Of a stretch of 64,000 nt of DNA, positions 34,601 through 46,499 are shown piece after piece; position 1 is the first letter of the stretch, and each line of letters begins with the position of its first letter. The position numbers and the translations under genes were made by a program. The notes under the pieces were generated by a model. It had not been told where the DNA came from. It saw only the letters and a list, made by a program, of their open reading frames with translations, and did no database searches. Origin of the DNA: Auanema rhodensis (lineage: Eukaryota; Animalia; Nematoda); assembly GCA_964057225.1 (NCBI GenBank), contig OZ059894.1, positions 11,780,001 to 11,844,000 on the forward strand, read 5' to 3'.

Positions 34601-35350
34601 GGTTGTGTGTGTGGTCGGCGCCTTTGTCGGAAGTTGGGAACTTTGATCATAATGTCAAGAGACTTTCTGATTGTGTCTATCAACTCTTCCAGGACCTGCT
34701 CGAGCTCACTTTTGCACACTACCTTTTTAATTCTATCCACCCAAATATTTTCAGAGTTTCTATTCGGATCAGGGTCGGCAAAAGATGGTTCTGTACTCGG
34801 AACCCTGATCTCGTTGAATATTTCACTCTCTCGCGGAAGGGGGGAAACTTCGGCCTCTGGGGACAAGTCCAGAATTGGGGCCTCAAACAAGCGTACCGTT
34901 GATGGAGATCCTTGTTCCTGTCCACTGGATGATGTTTCCTCCATTGTACGCTCCTCCACGGGCGGGGTGGTCGTCCTTGTGCCTGGTGGGCGGGTGTTCC
35001 TGATCCTCCGCAATATAGGGCGGGAACTGGGCTCTCTCGGAGATAGAGGTGAGATCACCACAGTTTCCTCTATGATGCGGAGGCATCCTTCAGCTTTTTT
35101 CTGATGGCTTTTAACGGCCTTCAGATTGCTGGTGAGGCCACAGGCACGGCACTCAAATTCTACTCCGACCTCATGTTCTCTCCGAAGATGGCGGACGAGA
35201 CCATTGTGGTCTGAGTAGGATCGCGGAATAGGAGCGCAGATTGAACAAGAAAAAGGGCTCTGAAGAGGCACCTTTAGCTTGTAAAGCCCTTGCTCCATCT
35301 CTAGCAGATCTAAAGACTTACGTAGTACAGTTGCAATATCGATTTAGCCA
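31624..35350 (-). mobile_element. Full-length U2-targeting RLE non-LTR retrotransposon (Utopia-like), copy 3, variant B, 3727 bp
   Basis: Intact ORF, 52 nt 5' UTR, 396 nt 3' UTR, same two junctions as copy 1, upstream U2 flank intact. Confidence 0.93.
32020..35298 (-). CDS. Non-LTR retrotransposon polyprotein ZnF-RT-CCHC-RLE (1092 aa)
   Basis: Same motifs as 10197-13475; about 18 aa differences counted by eye. Confidence 0.97.
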   Translation of the reverse strand: MEQGLYKLKVPLQSPFSCSICAPIPRSYSDHNGLVRHLRREHEVGVEFECRACGLTSNLKAVKSHQKKAEGCLRIIEETVVISPLSPREPSSRPILRRIRNTRPPGTRTTTPPVEERTMEETSSSGQEQGSPSTVRLFEAPILDLSPEAEVSPLPRESEIFNEIRVPSTEPSFADPDPNRNSENIWVDRIKKVVCKSELEQVLEELIDTIRKSLDIMIKVPNFRQRRRPHTQPEEDQKTQAMKIQKLWRANKKKAFRQLLGEQSETCTIPSADVEKHFLSVHSSQGPALPITVTRPDLPTSTDPLEGVFTPLEVWERIRRCSDTAPGADGLRYSHWKKFDQGGHILAAIFNTVHKLGHIPFSWKESTTVLIHKKGDKADINNWRPIALSCTIGKTYSACLTHRLLTWARAEKRLSPSQKGFVAKAGCMEHNFLLQSTIADAKRKREKIAIAWLDLANAFGSLPHETLLDVLRWSGMAEASISRVRALYTDASTRIQTGSGLTSTIPVHAGVLQGSPLSPILFNLAIEPLIKTILETSTGYKLHNHNIAVLAYADDLALVSSSSEDLQKMLDAASNAANFTGLTFKPAKCATLTIDKGKISTASYMLQSCFLPALSKFDSYSHLGIPTGMHLHKSAVPTVNIMSQHLEKIDKSLLAEWQKADAVRTFLMPCLNFHMTNGHVPKSKLVAFDKELKRCARRWMHYPPNASAEPIYLPTNYGGLGLSRLQHLSDVCEVTHAYQLLKSSDLVVADIAHQDSIKVASKRIKRQASNDETAAYYNGSVDGIFDTETSDVSSIWTRVRVAMRQLKKLINANWTCLESGLELNLNNQLLTPSLCHRSLRRALWLKDLRILLQKPDQGKVFDVTMLNKASNHFMAKGDFIRFADWRFIHKARLNTLQLNGCRRHGEGNKQCRRCSYPNETAAHVLGHCHFHTRAIQLRHNNIVDRLIKALPEPKNGEVYTNQPLPGINSTLRPDIVVVDHDAKHCSIVDVTVSYENRRQAMIAARMIKERKYADIASQYQCLGYKTSVEAYVVGMLGTMDPLNVQALRSLKISSHYNRLMEKLVVADTIKWARNIYVEHVSGVRQYEEEIIH

Positions 35351-35446
35351 TTAACCTTATTGTGAACCAATGGAACACATATCGAAGGTTAATTCGATAA
35401 GAACGATTACTACACTTTGATCTTAGCCAAAAGGCCGAGAAGCGAT
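35351..35446 (-). pseudogene. U2: U2 5' part (nt 1-96) fused to copy 3; upstream flank intact
   Basis: gatttagcca|ttaaccttattg...gaagcgat. Confidence 0.92.
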
Positions 35447-35888
35447 ACAGCATAGCCATGAGTATCAAAGACATCAAGCAAATGTATCGTACTTGTTACG
35501 AGTGCACTCTCTCATTTGAATATAAAAGTGTGGTTTGACAATCTTGACTGTACAGGTCATAAATGGCTCATATAAACTGTGGATTTACTCAACTTTTGGA
35601 CTTATTTTTTTCTTATTCGAAGCGCTGCACTTTTTTCTATTCTTTTTATTCAAATACTTGTATATAGTTTTATATGTACGGTTGCAAAGTTTCCGAATAT
35701 TTTATATATTTTTATACAATAATTAGGAGAAGGTTAATACAATGAAATCTCCCAACTTTACAGTGTTTGTATTGCTTACAGTATCTAGAACAACCACTCT
35801 TGTAATATTAGAGCACATATCAATCAACAACTTTTTCTAGTTATCAAAGCTTTTTTATTTCTTCAAGATATTTCAAATAAAATATAAA

Positions 35889-36007
35889 AGCTTACGACAC
35901 CCGGGATTCCCAAGCCGTCTCCGATCCAAGTACTAACCGGGCCCAACGTTGCTTGACTTGCCAGATCGGACGGGATGGCGTACTTTCAACGTGGTATGGT
36001 CGTAAGC
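35889..36007 (-). rRNA. 5S: 5S rRNA
   Basis: Copy of 364-482. Confidence 0.97.
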
Positions 36008-36248
36008 AATGTTATATTCTTCATTATCAGTTATATCACTCTAAATCTTGTTGTTAATAGTTAGGACCACAAAGAAAACAACAGGAACAGTAACAAATGA
36101 AATGCCCAAACTTTACAGTGTTCGAGTTATTTACAGTATCTAAGACTACCTCTGTCGTGTTATTAGAGCAAACATTCGATTAACAACAACTTTTTTTTAG
36201 TTATCAAAGCTTTTTTATTTCTTCAAAAAATTTCAAATAAAATATAAA

Positions 36249-36367
36249 AGCTTACGACACCCGGGATTCCCAAGCCGTCTCCGATCCAAGTACTAACCGG
36301 GCCCAACGTTGCTTGACTTGCCAGATCGGACGGGATGGCGTACTTTCAACGTGGTATGGTCGTAAGC
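36249..36367 (-). rRNA. 5S: 5S rRNA
   Basis: Copy of 364-482. Confidence 0.97.
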
Positions 36368-36509
36368 AATGTCATATTCTTCATTATCAGTTATATCACT
36401 CTAAATCTTGTTGTTAATAGATACGACCACAAAGAAAACAACAGGAACAGTAACAATAACAAAAAAAATTTTTTTTTCACCTATGTGTCTAAAGGTTAGC
36501 CATGTATCC

Positions 36510-36567
<58 letters not shown>

Positions 36568-37747
36568 ACAGTAAAAAGTCCAATCAAGAGAGAAATTTTT
36601 TCAACACATAGTTGTTTTTTTTTTAAATATCATTGTTTTTCCTCATAACTCGGTTTAAACTCGTTCTAACCCGTTGAAATACGTCTAGAAAGTCTTTATA
36701 ACATGCATATGTATGATAGAACTTCATATTTATTGTAATAGAAAATTTTATTTTCAGACGTCTTGGTTAACAATGATATGTTTTACCCCCTTATAATTTT
36801 TATCATAATGTTCCTTATACGGAACGCTCAATGAAACTTGCTTCCAGAAAAATTTCTTTCTATTTTTTCTTCATATGTACGTAGATACTATAGAGAACTA
36901 TGATAGAAAACTTTAACATTCACGAAATCATCATTTCTCATTACGCTACGGAGGTTTAAAAAGCTGTGTTTTACCTTATAATAGACCGGAAAACCCTTGT
37001 GTTAAAACTGGACCGTTTTTACACATATAAAAATGTCCCGTATTCGGGACCCTAATGTAACTTTTGATTCCCTATATTTTTTTTCATGAAATTTACAATC
37101 TACTGTAGAAAGAAGAATTATTTTTATAAAAACTGTAAATTTTTGAAAAATGAAAACAAAACGAAAACAAAAACAACTTTTTTTTGAACATTTTCTCACA
37201 CAAGGGTCCCCCCTTACCTACTTTTTTTCTCATTACTCGTTTCAACCTCATCCGATCACTCTGCAAACATGTTTAATCGTTCTAACTTGTTGAAATACGT
37301 CTTAAAAGTCTAAACAACATGCATATGCATAATAGAAACCACCCGAATAGGCCCCCACGCACTAAACGAGATATATACATTACCAGTATAGTAATAGAAC
37401 ACATATTGAAGATTAATTCGATAAGAACAATTTATTGACGTAGAGAATGTTTGTTCCGAAAAACTACAATATTAAACTATAAAAGTAACAAAAGCGTAGA
37501 GGCAGCAAAGACATGAATAAACATAAATGTAAATACAGAATTACCAGGTAGTACATAAGTATGACAAAAAATTATAAGAAAGCCATGAAAATAGAAGGTT
37601 TGTGAACAAATGAGAGGTACATCTTTGATCGTATAGTCATTTCTAAACCGTTCGTATGCTGCAGCATCGTCATAAGCGTCACTCAAGTTGAATTTCCATG
37701 TGTACTACACGATTTTCATTCTTATTGTTACATTCTTTCCCTGAGGG

Positions 37748-37933
37748 AATGGGCCGTTCCCGCCAGCAGTGCAAGAGCGGGTCGACCCGTGAGGTGGAGC
37801 TAGCAAGCCAGCATCTACCTCAAGTCTCAAAAATCGGTTAACCTTATTGTGAACCAATGGAACACATATCGAAGGTTAATTCGATAAGAACGATTACTAC
37901 ACTTTGATCTTAGCCAAAAGGCCGAGAAGCGAT
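37748..37933 (-). ncRNA. U2: U2 snRNA
   Basis: Copy of 2213-2398. Confidence 0.96.
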
Positions 37934-38375
37934 ACAGCATAGCCATGAGTATCAAAGACATCAAGCAAATGTATCGTACTTGTTACGAGTGCACTCTCTC
38001 ATTTGAATATAAAAGTGTGGTTTGACAATCTTGACTGTACAGGTCATAAATGGCTCATATAAACTGTGGATTTACTCAACTTTTGGACTTATTTTTTTCT
38101 TATTCGAAGCGCTGCACTTTTTTCTATTCTTTTTATTCAAATACTTGTATATAGTTTTATATGTACGGTTGCAAAGTTTCCGAATATTTTATATATTTTT
38201 ATACAATAATTAGGAGAAGGTTAATACAATGAAATCTCCCAACTTTACAGTGTTTGTATTGCTTACAGTATCTAGAACAACCACTCTTGTAATATTAGAG
38301 CACATATCAATCAACAACTTTTTCTAGTTATCAAAGCTTTTTTATTTCTTCAAGATATTTCAAATAAAATATAAA

Positions 38376-38494
38376 AGCTTACGACACCCGGGATTCCCAA
38401 GCCGTCTCCGATCCAAGTACTAACCGGGCCCAACGTTGCTTGACTTGCCAGATCGGACGGGATGGCGTACTTTCAACGTGGTATGGTCGTAAGC
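38376..38494 (-). rRNA. 5S: 5S rRNA
   Basis: Copy of 364-482. Confidence 0.97.
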
Positions 38495-38735
38495 AATGTT
38501 ATATTCTTCATTATCAGTTATATCACTCTAAATCTTGTTGTTAATAGTTAGGACCACAAAGAAAACAACAGGAACAGTAACAAATGAAATGCCCAAACTT
38601 TACAGTGTTCGAGTTATTTACAGTATCTAAGACTACCTCTGTCGTGTTATTAGAGCAAACATTCGATTAACAACAACTTTTTTTTAGTTATCAAAGCTTT
38701 TTTATTTCTTCAAAAAATTTCAAATAAAATATAAA

Positions 38736-38854
38736 AGCTTACGACACCCGGGATTCCCAAGCCGTCTCCGATCCAAGTACTAACCGGGCCCAACGTTGCT
38801 TGACTTGCCAGATCGGACGGGATGGCGTACTTTCAACGTGGTATGGTCGTAAGC
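38736..38854 (-). rRNA. 5S: 5S rRNA
   Basis: Copy of 364-482. Confidence 0.97.
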
Positions 38855-38996
38855 AATGTCATATTCTTCATTATCAGTTATATCACTCTAAATCTTGTTG
38901 TTAATAGATACGACCACAAAGAAAACAACAGGAACAGTAACAATAACAAAAAAAATTTTTTTTTCACCTATGTGTCTAAAGGTTAGCCATGTATCC

Positions 38997-39050
<54 letters not shown>

Positions 39051-40230
39051 ACAGTAAAAAGTCCAATCAAGAGAGAAATTTTTTCAACACATAGTTGTTT
39101 TTTTTTTAAATATCATTGTTTTTCCTCATAACTCGGTTTAAACTCGTTCTAACCCGTTGAAATACGTCTAGAAAGTCTTTATAACATGCATATGTATGAT
39201 AGAACTTCATATTTATTGTAATAGAAAATTTTATTTTCAGACGTCTTGGTTAACAATGATATGTTTTACCCCCTTATAATTTTTATCATAATGTTCCTTA
39301 TACGGAACGCTCAATGAAACTTGCTTCCAGAAAAATTTCTTTCTATTTTTTCTTCATATGTACGTAGATACTATAGAGAACTATGATAGAAAACTTTAAC
39401 ATTTACGAAATCATCATTTCTCATTACGCTACGGAGGTTTAAAAAGCTGTGTTTTACCTTATAATAGACCGGAAAACCCTTGTGTTAAAACTGGACCGTT
39501 TTTACACATATAAAAATGTCCCGTATTCGGGACCCTAATGTAACTTTTGATTCCCTATATTTTTTTTCATGAAATTTACAATCTACTGTAGAAAGAAGAA
39601 TTATTTTTATAAAAACTGTAAATTTTTGAAAAATGAAAACAAAACGAAAACAAAAACAACTTTTTTTTGAACATTTTCTCACACAAGGGTCCCCCCTTAC
39701 CTACTTTTTTTCTCATTACTCGTTTCAACCTCATCCGATCACTCTGCAAACATGTTTAATCGTTCTAACTTGTTGAAATACGTCTTAAAAGTCTAAACAA
39801 CATGCATATGCATAATAGAAACCACCCGAATAGGCCCCCACGCACTAAACGAGATATATACATTACCAGTATAGTAATAGAACACATATTGAAGATTAAT
39901 TCGATAAGAACAATTTATTGACGTAGAGAATGTTTGTTCCGAAAAACTACAATATTAAACTATAAAAGTAACAAAAGCGTAGAGGCAGCAAAGACATGAA
40001 TAAACATAAATGTAAATACAGAATTACCAGGTAGTACATAAGTATGACAAAAAATTATAAGAAAGCCATGAAAATAGAAGGTTTGTGAACAAATGAGAGG
40101 TACATCTTTGATCGTATAGTCATTTCTAAACCGTTCGTATGCTGCAGCATCGTCATAAGCGTCACTCAAGTTGAATTTCCATGTGTACTACACGATTTTC
40201 ATTCTTATTGTTACATTCTTTCCCTGAGGG

Positions 40231-40416
40231 AATGGGCCGTTCCCGCCAGCAGTGCAAGAGCGGGTCGACCCGTGAGGTGGAGCTAGCAAGCCAGCATCTA
40301 CCTCAAGTCTCAAAAATCGGTTAACCTTATTGTGAACCAATGGAACACATATCGAAGGTTAATTCGATAAGAACGATTACTACACTTTGATCTTAGCCAA
40401 AAGGCCGAGAAGCGAT
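40231..40416 (-). ncRNA. U2: U2 snRNA
   Basis: Copy of 2213-2398. Confidence 0.96.
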
Positions 40417-40858
40417 ACAGCATAGCCATGAGTATCAAAGACATCAAGCAAATGTATCGTACTTGTTACGAGTGCACTCTCTCATTTGAATATAAAAGTG
40501 TGGTTTGACAATCTTGACTGTACAGGTCATAAATGGCTCATATAAACTGTGGATTTACTCAACTTTTGGACTTATTTTTTTCTTATTCGAAGCGCTGCAC
40601 TTTTTTCTATTCTTTTTATTCAAATACTTGTATATAGTTTTATATGTACGGTTGCAAAGTTTCCGAATATTTTATATATTTTTATACAATAATTAGGAGA
40701 AGGTTAATACAATGAAATCTCCCAACTTTACAGTGTTTGTATTGCTTACAGTATCTAGAACAACCACTCTTGTAATATTAGAGCACATATCAATCAACAA
40801 CTTTTTCTAGTTATCAAAGCTTTTTTATTTCTTCAAGATATTTCAAATAAAATATAAA

Positions 40859-40977
40859 AGCTTACGACACCCGGGATTCCCAAGCCGTCTCCGATCCAAG
40901 TACTAACCGGGCCCAACGTTGCTTGACTTGCCAGATCGGACGGGATGGCGTACTTTCAACGTGGTATGGTCGTAAGC
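40859..40977 (-). rRNA. 5S: 5S rRNA
   Basis: Copy of 364-482. Confidence 0.97.
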
Positions 40978-41218
40978 AATGTTATATTCTTCATTATCAG
41001 TTATATCACTCTAAATCTTGTTGTTAATAGTTAGGACCACAAAGAAAACAACAGGAACAGTAACAAATGAAATGCCCAAACTTTACAGTGTTCGAGTTAT
41101 TTACAGTATCTAAGACTACCTCTGTCGTGTTATTAGAGCAAACATTCGATTAACAACAACTTTTTTTTAGTTATCAAAGCTTTTTTATTTCTTCAAAAAA
41201 TTTCAAATAAAATATAAA

Positions 41219-41337
41219 AGCTTACGACACCCGGGATTCCCAAGCCGTCTCCGATCCAAGTACTAACCGGGCCCAACGTTGCTTGACTTGCCAGATCGGA
41301 CGGGATGGCGTACTTTCAACGTGGTATGGTCGTAAGC
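41219..41337 (-). rRNA. 5S: 5S rRNA
   Basis: Copy of 364-482. Confidence 0.97.
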
Positions 41338-41479
41338 AATGTCATATTCTTCATTATCAGTTATATCACTCTAAATCTTGTTGTTAATAGATACGACCAC
41401 AAAGAAAACAACAGGAACAGTAACAATAACAAAAAAAATTTTTTTTTCACCTATGTGTCTAAAGGTTAGCCATGTATCC

Positions 41480-41533
<54 letters not shown>

Positions 41534-42713
41534 ACAGTAAAAAGTCCAATCAAGAGAGAAATTTTTTCAACACATAGTTGTTTTTTTTTTAAATATCATT
41601 GTTTTTCCTCATAACTCGGTTTAAACTCGTTCTAACCCGTTGAAATACGTCTAGAAAGTCTTTATAACATGCATATGTATGATAGAACTTCATATTTATT
41701 GTAATAGAAAATTTTATTTTCAGACGTCTTGGTTAACAATGATATGTTTTACCCCCTTATAATTTTTATCATAATGTTCCTTATACGGAACGCTCAATGA
41801 AACTTGCTTCCAGAAAAATTTCTTTCTATTTTTTCTTCATATGTACGTAGATACTATAGAGAACTATGATAGAAAACTTTAACATTTACGAAATCATCAT
41901 TTCTCATTACGCTACGGAGGTTTAAAAAGCTGTGTTTTACCTTATAATAGACCGGAAAACCCTTGTGTTAAAACTGGACCGTTTTTACACATATAAAAAT
42001 GTCCCGTATTCGGGACCCTAATGTAACTTTTGATTCCCTATATTTTTTTTCATGAAATTTACAATCTACTGTAGAAAGAAGAATTATTTTTATAAAAACT
42101 GTAAATTTTTGAAAAATGAAAACAAAACGAAAACAAAAACAACTTTTTTTTGAACATTTTCTCACACAAGGGTCCCCCCTTACCTACTTTTTTTCTCATT
42201 ACTCGTTTCAACCTCATCCGATCACTCTGCAAACATGTTTAATCGTTCTAACTTGTTGAAATACGTCTTAAAAGTCTAAACAACATGCATATGCATAATA
42301 GAAACCACCCGAATAGGCCCCCACGCACTAAACGAGATATATACATTACCAGTATAGTAATAGAACACATATTGAAGATTAATTCGATAAGAACAATTTA
42401 TTGACGTAGAGAATGTTTGTTCCGAAAAACTACAATATTAAACTATAAAAGTAACAAAAGCGTAGAGGCAGCAAAGACATGAATAAACATAAATGTAAAT
42501 ACAGAATTACCAGGTAGTACATAAGTATGACAAAAAATTATAAGAAAGCCATGAAAATAGAAGGTTTGTGAACAAATGAGAGGTACATCTTTGATCGTAT
42601 AGTCATTTCTAAACCGTTCGTATGCTGCAGCATCGTCATAAGCGTCACTCAAGTTGAATTTCCATGTGTACTACACGATTTTCATTCTTATTGTTACATT
42701 CTTTCCCTGAGGG

Positions 42714-42899
42714 AATGGGCCGTTCCCGCCAGCAGTGCAAGAGCGGGTCGACCCGTGAGGTGGAGCTAGCAAGCCAGCATCTACCTCAAGTCTCAAAAAT
42801 CGGTTAACCTTATTGTGAACCAATGGAACACATATCGAAGGTTAATTCGATAAGAACGATTACTACACTTTGATCTTAGCCAAAAGGCCGAGAAGCGAT
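42714..42899 (-). ncRNA. U2: U2 snRNA
   Basis: Copy of 2213-2398. Confidence 0.96.
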
Positions 42900-43341
42900 A
42901 CAGCATAGCCATGAGTATCAAAGACATCAAGCAAATGTATCGTACTTGTTACGAGTGCACTCTCTCATTTGAATATAAAAGTGTGGTTTGACAATCTTGA
43001 CTGTACAGGTCATAAATGGCTCATATAAACTGTGGATTTACTCAACTTTTGGACTTATTTTTTTCTTATTCGAAGCGCTGCACTTTTTTCTATTCTTTTT
43101 ATTCAAATACTTGTATATAGTTTTATATGTACGGTTGCAAAGTTTCCGAATATTTTATATATTTTTATACAATAATTAGGAGAAGGTTAATACAATGAAA
43201 TCTCCCAACTTTACAGTGTTTGTATTGCTTACAGTATCTAGAACAACCACTCTTGTAATATTAGAGCACATATCAATCAACAACTTTTTCTAGTTATCAA
43301 AGCTTTTTTATTTCTTCAAGATATTTCAAATAAAATATAAA

Positions 43342-43460
43342 AGCTTACGACACCCGGGATTCCCAAGCCGTCTCCGATCCAAGTACTAACCGGGCCCAAC
43401 GTTGCTTGACTTGCCAGATCGGACGGGATGGCGTACTTTCAACGTGGTATGGTCGTAAGC
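43342..43460 (-). rRNA. 5S: 5S rRNA
   Basis: Copy of 364-482. Confidence 0.97.
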
Positions 43461-43701
43461 AATGTTATATTCTTCATTATCAGTTATATCACTCTAAATC
43501 TTGTTGTTAATAGTTAGGACCACAAAGAAAACAACAGGAACAGTAACAAATGAAATGCCCAAACTTTACAGTGTTCGAGTTATTTACAGTATCTAAGACT
43601 ACCTCTGTCGTGTTATTAGAGCAAACATTCGATTAACAACAACTTTTTTTTAGTTATCAAAGCTTTTTTATTTCTTCAAAAAATTTCAAATAAAATATAA
43701 A

Positions 43702-43820
43702 AGCTTACGACACCCGGGATTCCCAAGCCGTCTCCGATCCAAGTACTAACCGGGCCCAACGTTGCTTGACTTGCCAGATCGGACGGGATGGCGTACTTTC
43801 AACGTGGTATGGTCGTAAGC
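43702..43820 (-). rRNA. 5S: 5S rRNA
   Basis: Copy of 364-482. Confidence 0.97.
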
Positions 43821-43962
43821 AATGTCATATTCTTCATTATCAGTTATATCACTCTAAATCTTGTTGTTAATAGATACGACCACAAAGAAAACAACAGGAA
43901 CAGTAACAATAACAAAAAAAAATTTTTTTTCACCTATGTGTCTAAAGGTTAGCCATGTATCC

Positions 43963-44020
<58 letters not shown>

Positions 44021-45200
44021 ACAGTAAAAAGTCCAATCAAGAGAGAAATTTTTTCAACACATAGTTGTTTTTTTTTTAAATATCATTGTTTTTCCTCATA
44101 ACTCGGTTTAAACTCGTTCTAACCCGTTGAAATACGTCTAGAAAGTCTTTATAACATGCATATGTATGATAGAACTTCATATTTATTGTAATAGAAAATT
44201 TTATTTTCAGACGTCTTGGTTAACAATGATATGTTTTACCCCCTTATAATTTTTATCATAATGTTCCTTATACGGAACGCTCAATGAAACTTGCTTCCAG
44301 AAAAATTTCTTTCTATTTTTTCTTCATATGTACGTAGATACTATAGAGAACTATGATAGAAAACTTTAACATTCACGAAATCATCATTTCTCATTACGCT
44401 ACGGAGGTTTAAAAAGCTGTGTTTTACCTTATAATAGACCGGAAAACCCTTGTGTTAAAACTGGACCGTTTTTACACATATAAAAATGTCCCGTATTCGG
44501 GACCCTAATGTAACTTTTGATTCCCTATATTTTTTTTCATGAAATTTACAATCTACTGTAGAAAGAAGAATTATTTTTATAAAAACTGTAAATTTTTGAA
44601 AAATGAAAACAAAACGAAAACAAAAACAACTTTTTTTTGAACATTTTCTCACACAAGGGTCCCCCCTTACCTACTTTTTTTCTCATTACTCGTTTCAACC
44701 TCATCCGATCACTCTGCAAACATGTTTAATCGTTCTAACTTGTTGAAATACGTCTTAAAAGTCTAAACAACATGCATATGCATAATAGAAACCACCCGAA
44801 TAGGCCCCCACGCACTAAACGAGATATATACATTACCAGTATAGTAATAGAACACATATTGAAGATTAATTCGATAAGAACAATTTATTGACGTAGAGAA
44901 TGTTTGTTCCGAAAAACTACAATATTAAACTATAAAAGTAACAAAAGCGTAGAGGCAGCAAAGACATGAATAAACATAAATGTAAATACAGAATTACCAG
45001 GTAGTACATAAGTATGACAAAAAATTATAAGAAAGCCATGAAAATAGAAGGTTTGTGAACAAATGAGAGGTACATCTTTGATCGTATAGTCATTTCTAAA
45101 CCGTTCGTATGCTGCAGCATCGTCATAAGCGTCACTCAAGTTGAATTTCCATGTGTACTACACGATTTTCATTCTTATTGTTACATTCTTTCCCTGAGGG

Positions 45201-45386
45201 AATGGGCCGTTCCCGCCAGCAGTGCAAGAGCGGGTCGACCCGTGAGGTGGAGCTAGCAAGCCAGCATCTACCTCAAGTCTCAAAAATCGGTTAACCTTAT
45301 TGTGAACCAATGGAACACATATCGAAGGTTAATTCGATAAGAACGATTACTACACTTTGATCTTAGCCAAAAGGCCGAGAAGCGAT
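45201..45386 (-). ncRNA. U2: U2 snRNA
   Basis: Copy of 2213-2398. Confidence 0.96.
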
Positions 45387-45828
45387 ACAGCATAGCCATG
45401 AGTATCAAAGACATCAAGCAAATGTATCGTACTTGTTACGAGTGCACTCTCTCATTTGAATATAAAAGTGTGGTTTGACAATCTTGACTGTACAGGTCAT
45501 AAATGGCTCATATAAACTGTGGATTTACTCAACTTTTGGACTTATTTTTTTCTTATTCGAAGCGCTGCACTTTTTTCTATTCTTTTTATTCAAATACTTG
45601 TATATAGTTTTATATGTACGGTTGCAAAGTTTCCGAATATTTTATATATTTTTATACAATAATTAGGAGAAGGTTAATACAATGAAATCTCCCAACTTTA
45701 CAGTGTTTGTATTGCTTACAGTATCTAGAACAACCACTCTTGTAATATTAGAGCACATATCAATCAACAACTTTTTCTAGTTATCAAAGCTTTTTTATTT
45801 CTTCAAGATATTTCAAATAAAATATAAA

Positions 45829-45947
45829 AGCTTACGACACCCGGGATTCCCAAGCCGTCTCCGATCCAAGTACTAACCGGGCCCAACGTTGCTTGACTTG
45901 CCAGATCGGACGGGATGGCGTACTTTCAACGTGGTATGGTCGTAAGC
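45829..45947 (-). rRNA. 5S: 5S rRNA
   Basis: Copy of 364-482. Confidence 0.97.
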
Positions 45948-46188
45948 AATGTTATATTCTTCATTATCAGTTATATCACTCTAAATCTTGTTGTTAATAG
46001 TTAGGACCACAAAGAAAACAACAGGAACAGTAACAAATGAAATGCCCAAACTTTACAGTGTTCGAGTTATTTACAGTATCTAAGACTACCTCTGTCGTGT
46101 TATTAGAGCAAACATTCGATTAACAACAACTTTTTTTTAGTTATCAAAGCTTTTTTATTTCTTCAAAAAATTTCAAATAAAATATAAA

Positions 46189-46307
46189 AGCTTACGACAC
46201 CCGGGATTCCCAAGCCGTCTCCGATCCAAGTACTAACCGGGCCCAACGTTGCTTGACTTGCCAGATCGGACGGGATGGCGTACTTTCAACGTGGTATGGT
46301 CGTAAGC
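46189..46307 (-). rRNA. 5S: 5S rRNA
   Basis: Copy of 364-482. Confidence 0.97.
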
Positions 46308-46449
46308 AATGTCATATTCTTCATTATCAGTTATATCACTCTAAATCTTGTTGTTAATAGATACGACCACAAAGAAAACAACAGGAACAGTAACAATAAC
46401 AAAAAAATTTTTTTTTTCACCTATGTGTCTAAAGGTTAGCCATGTATCC

Positions 46450-46499
<50 letters not shown>

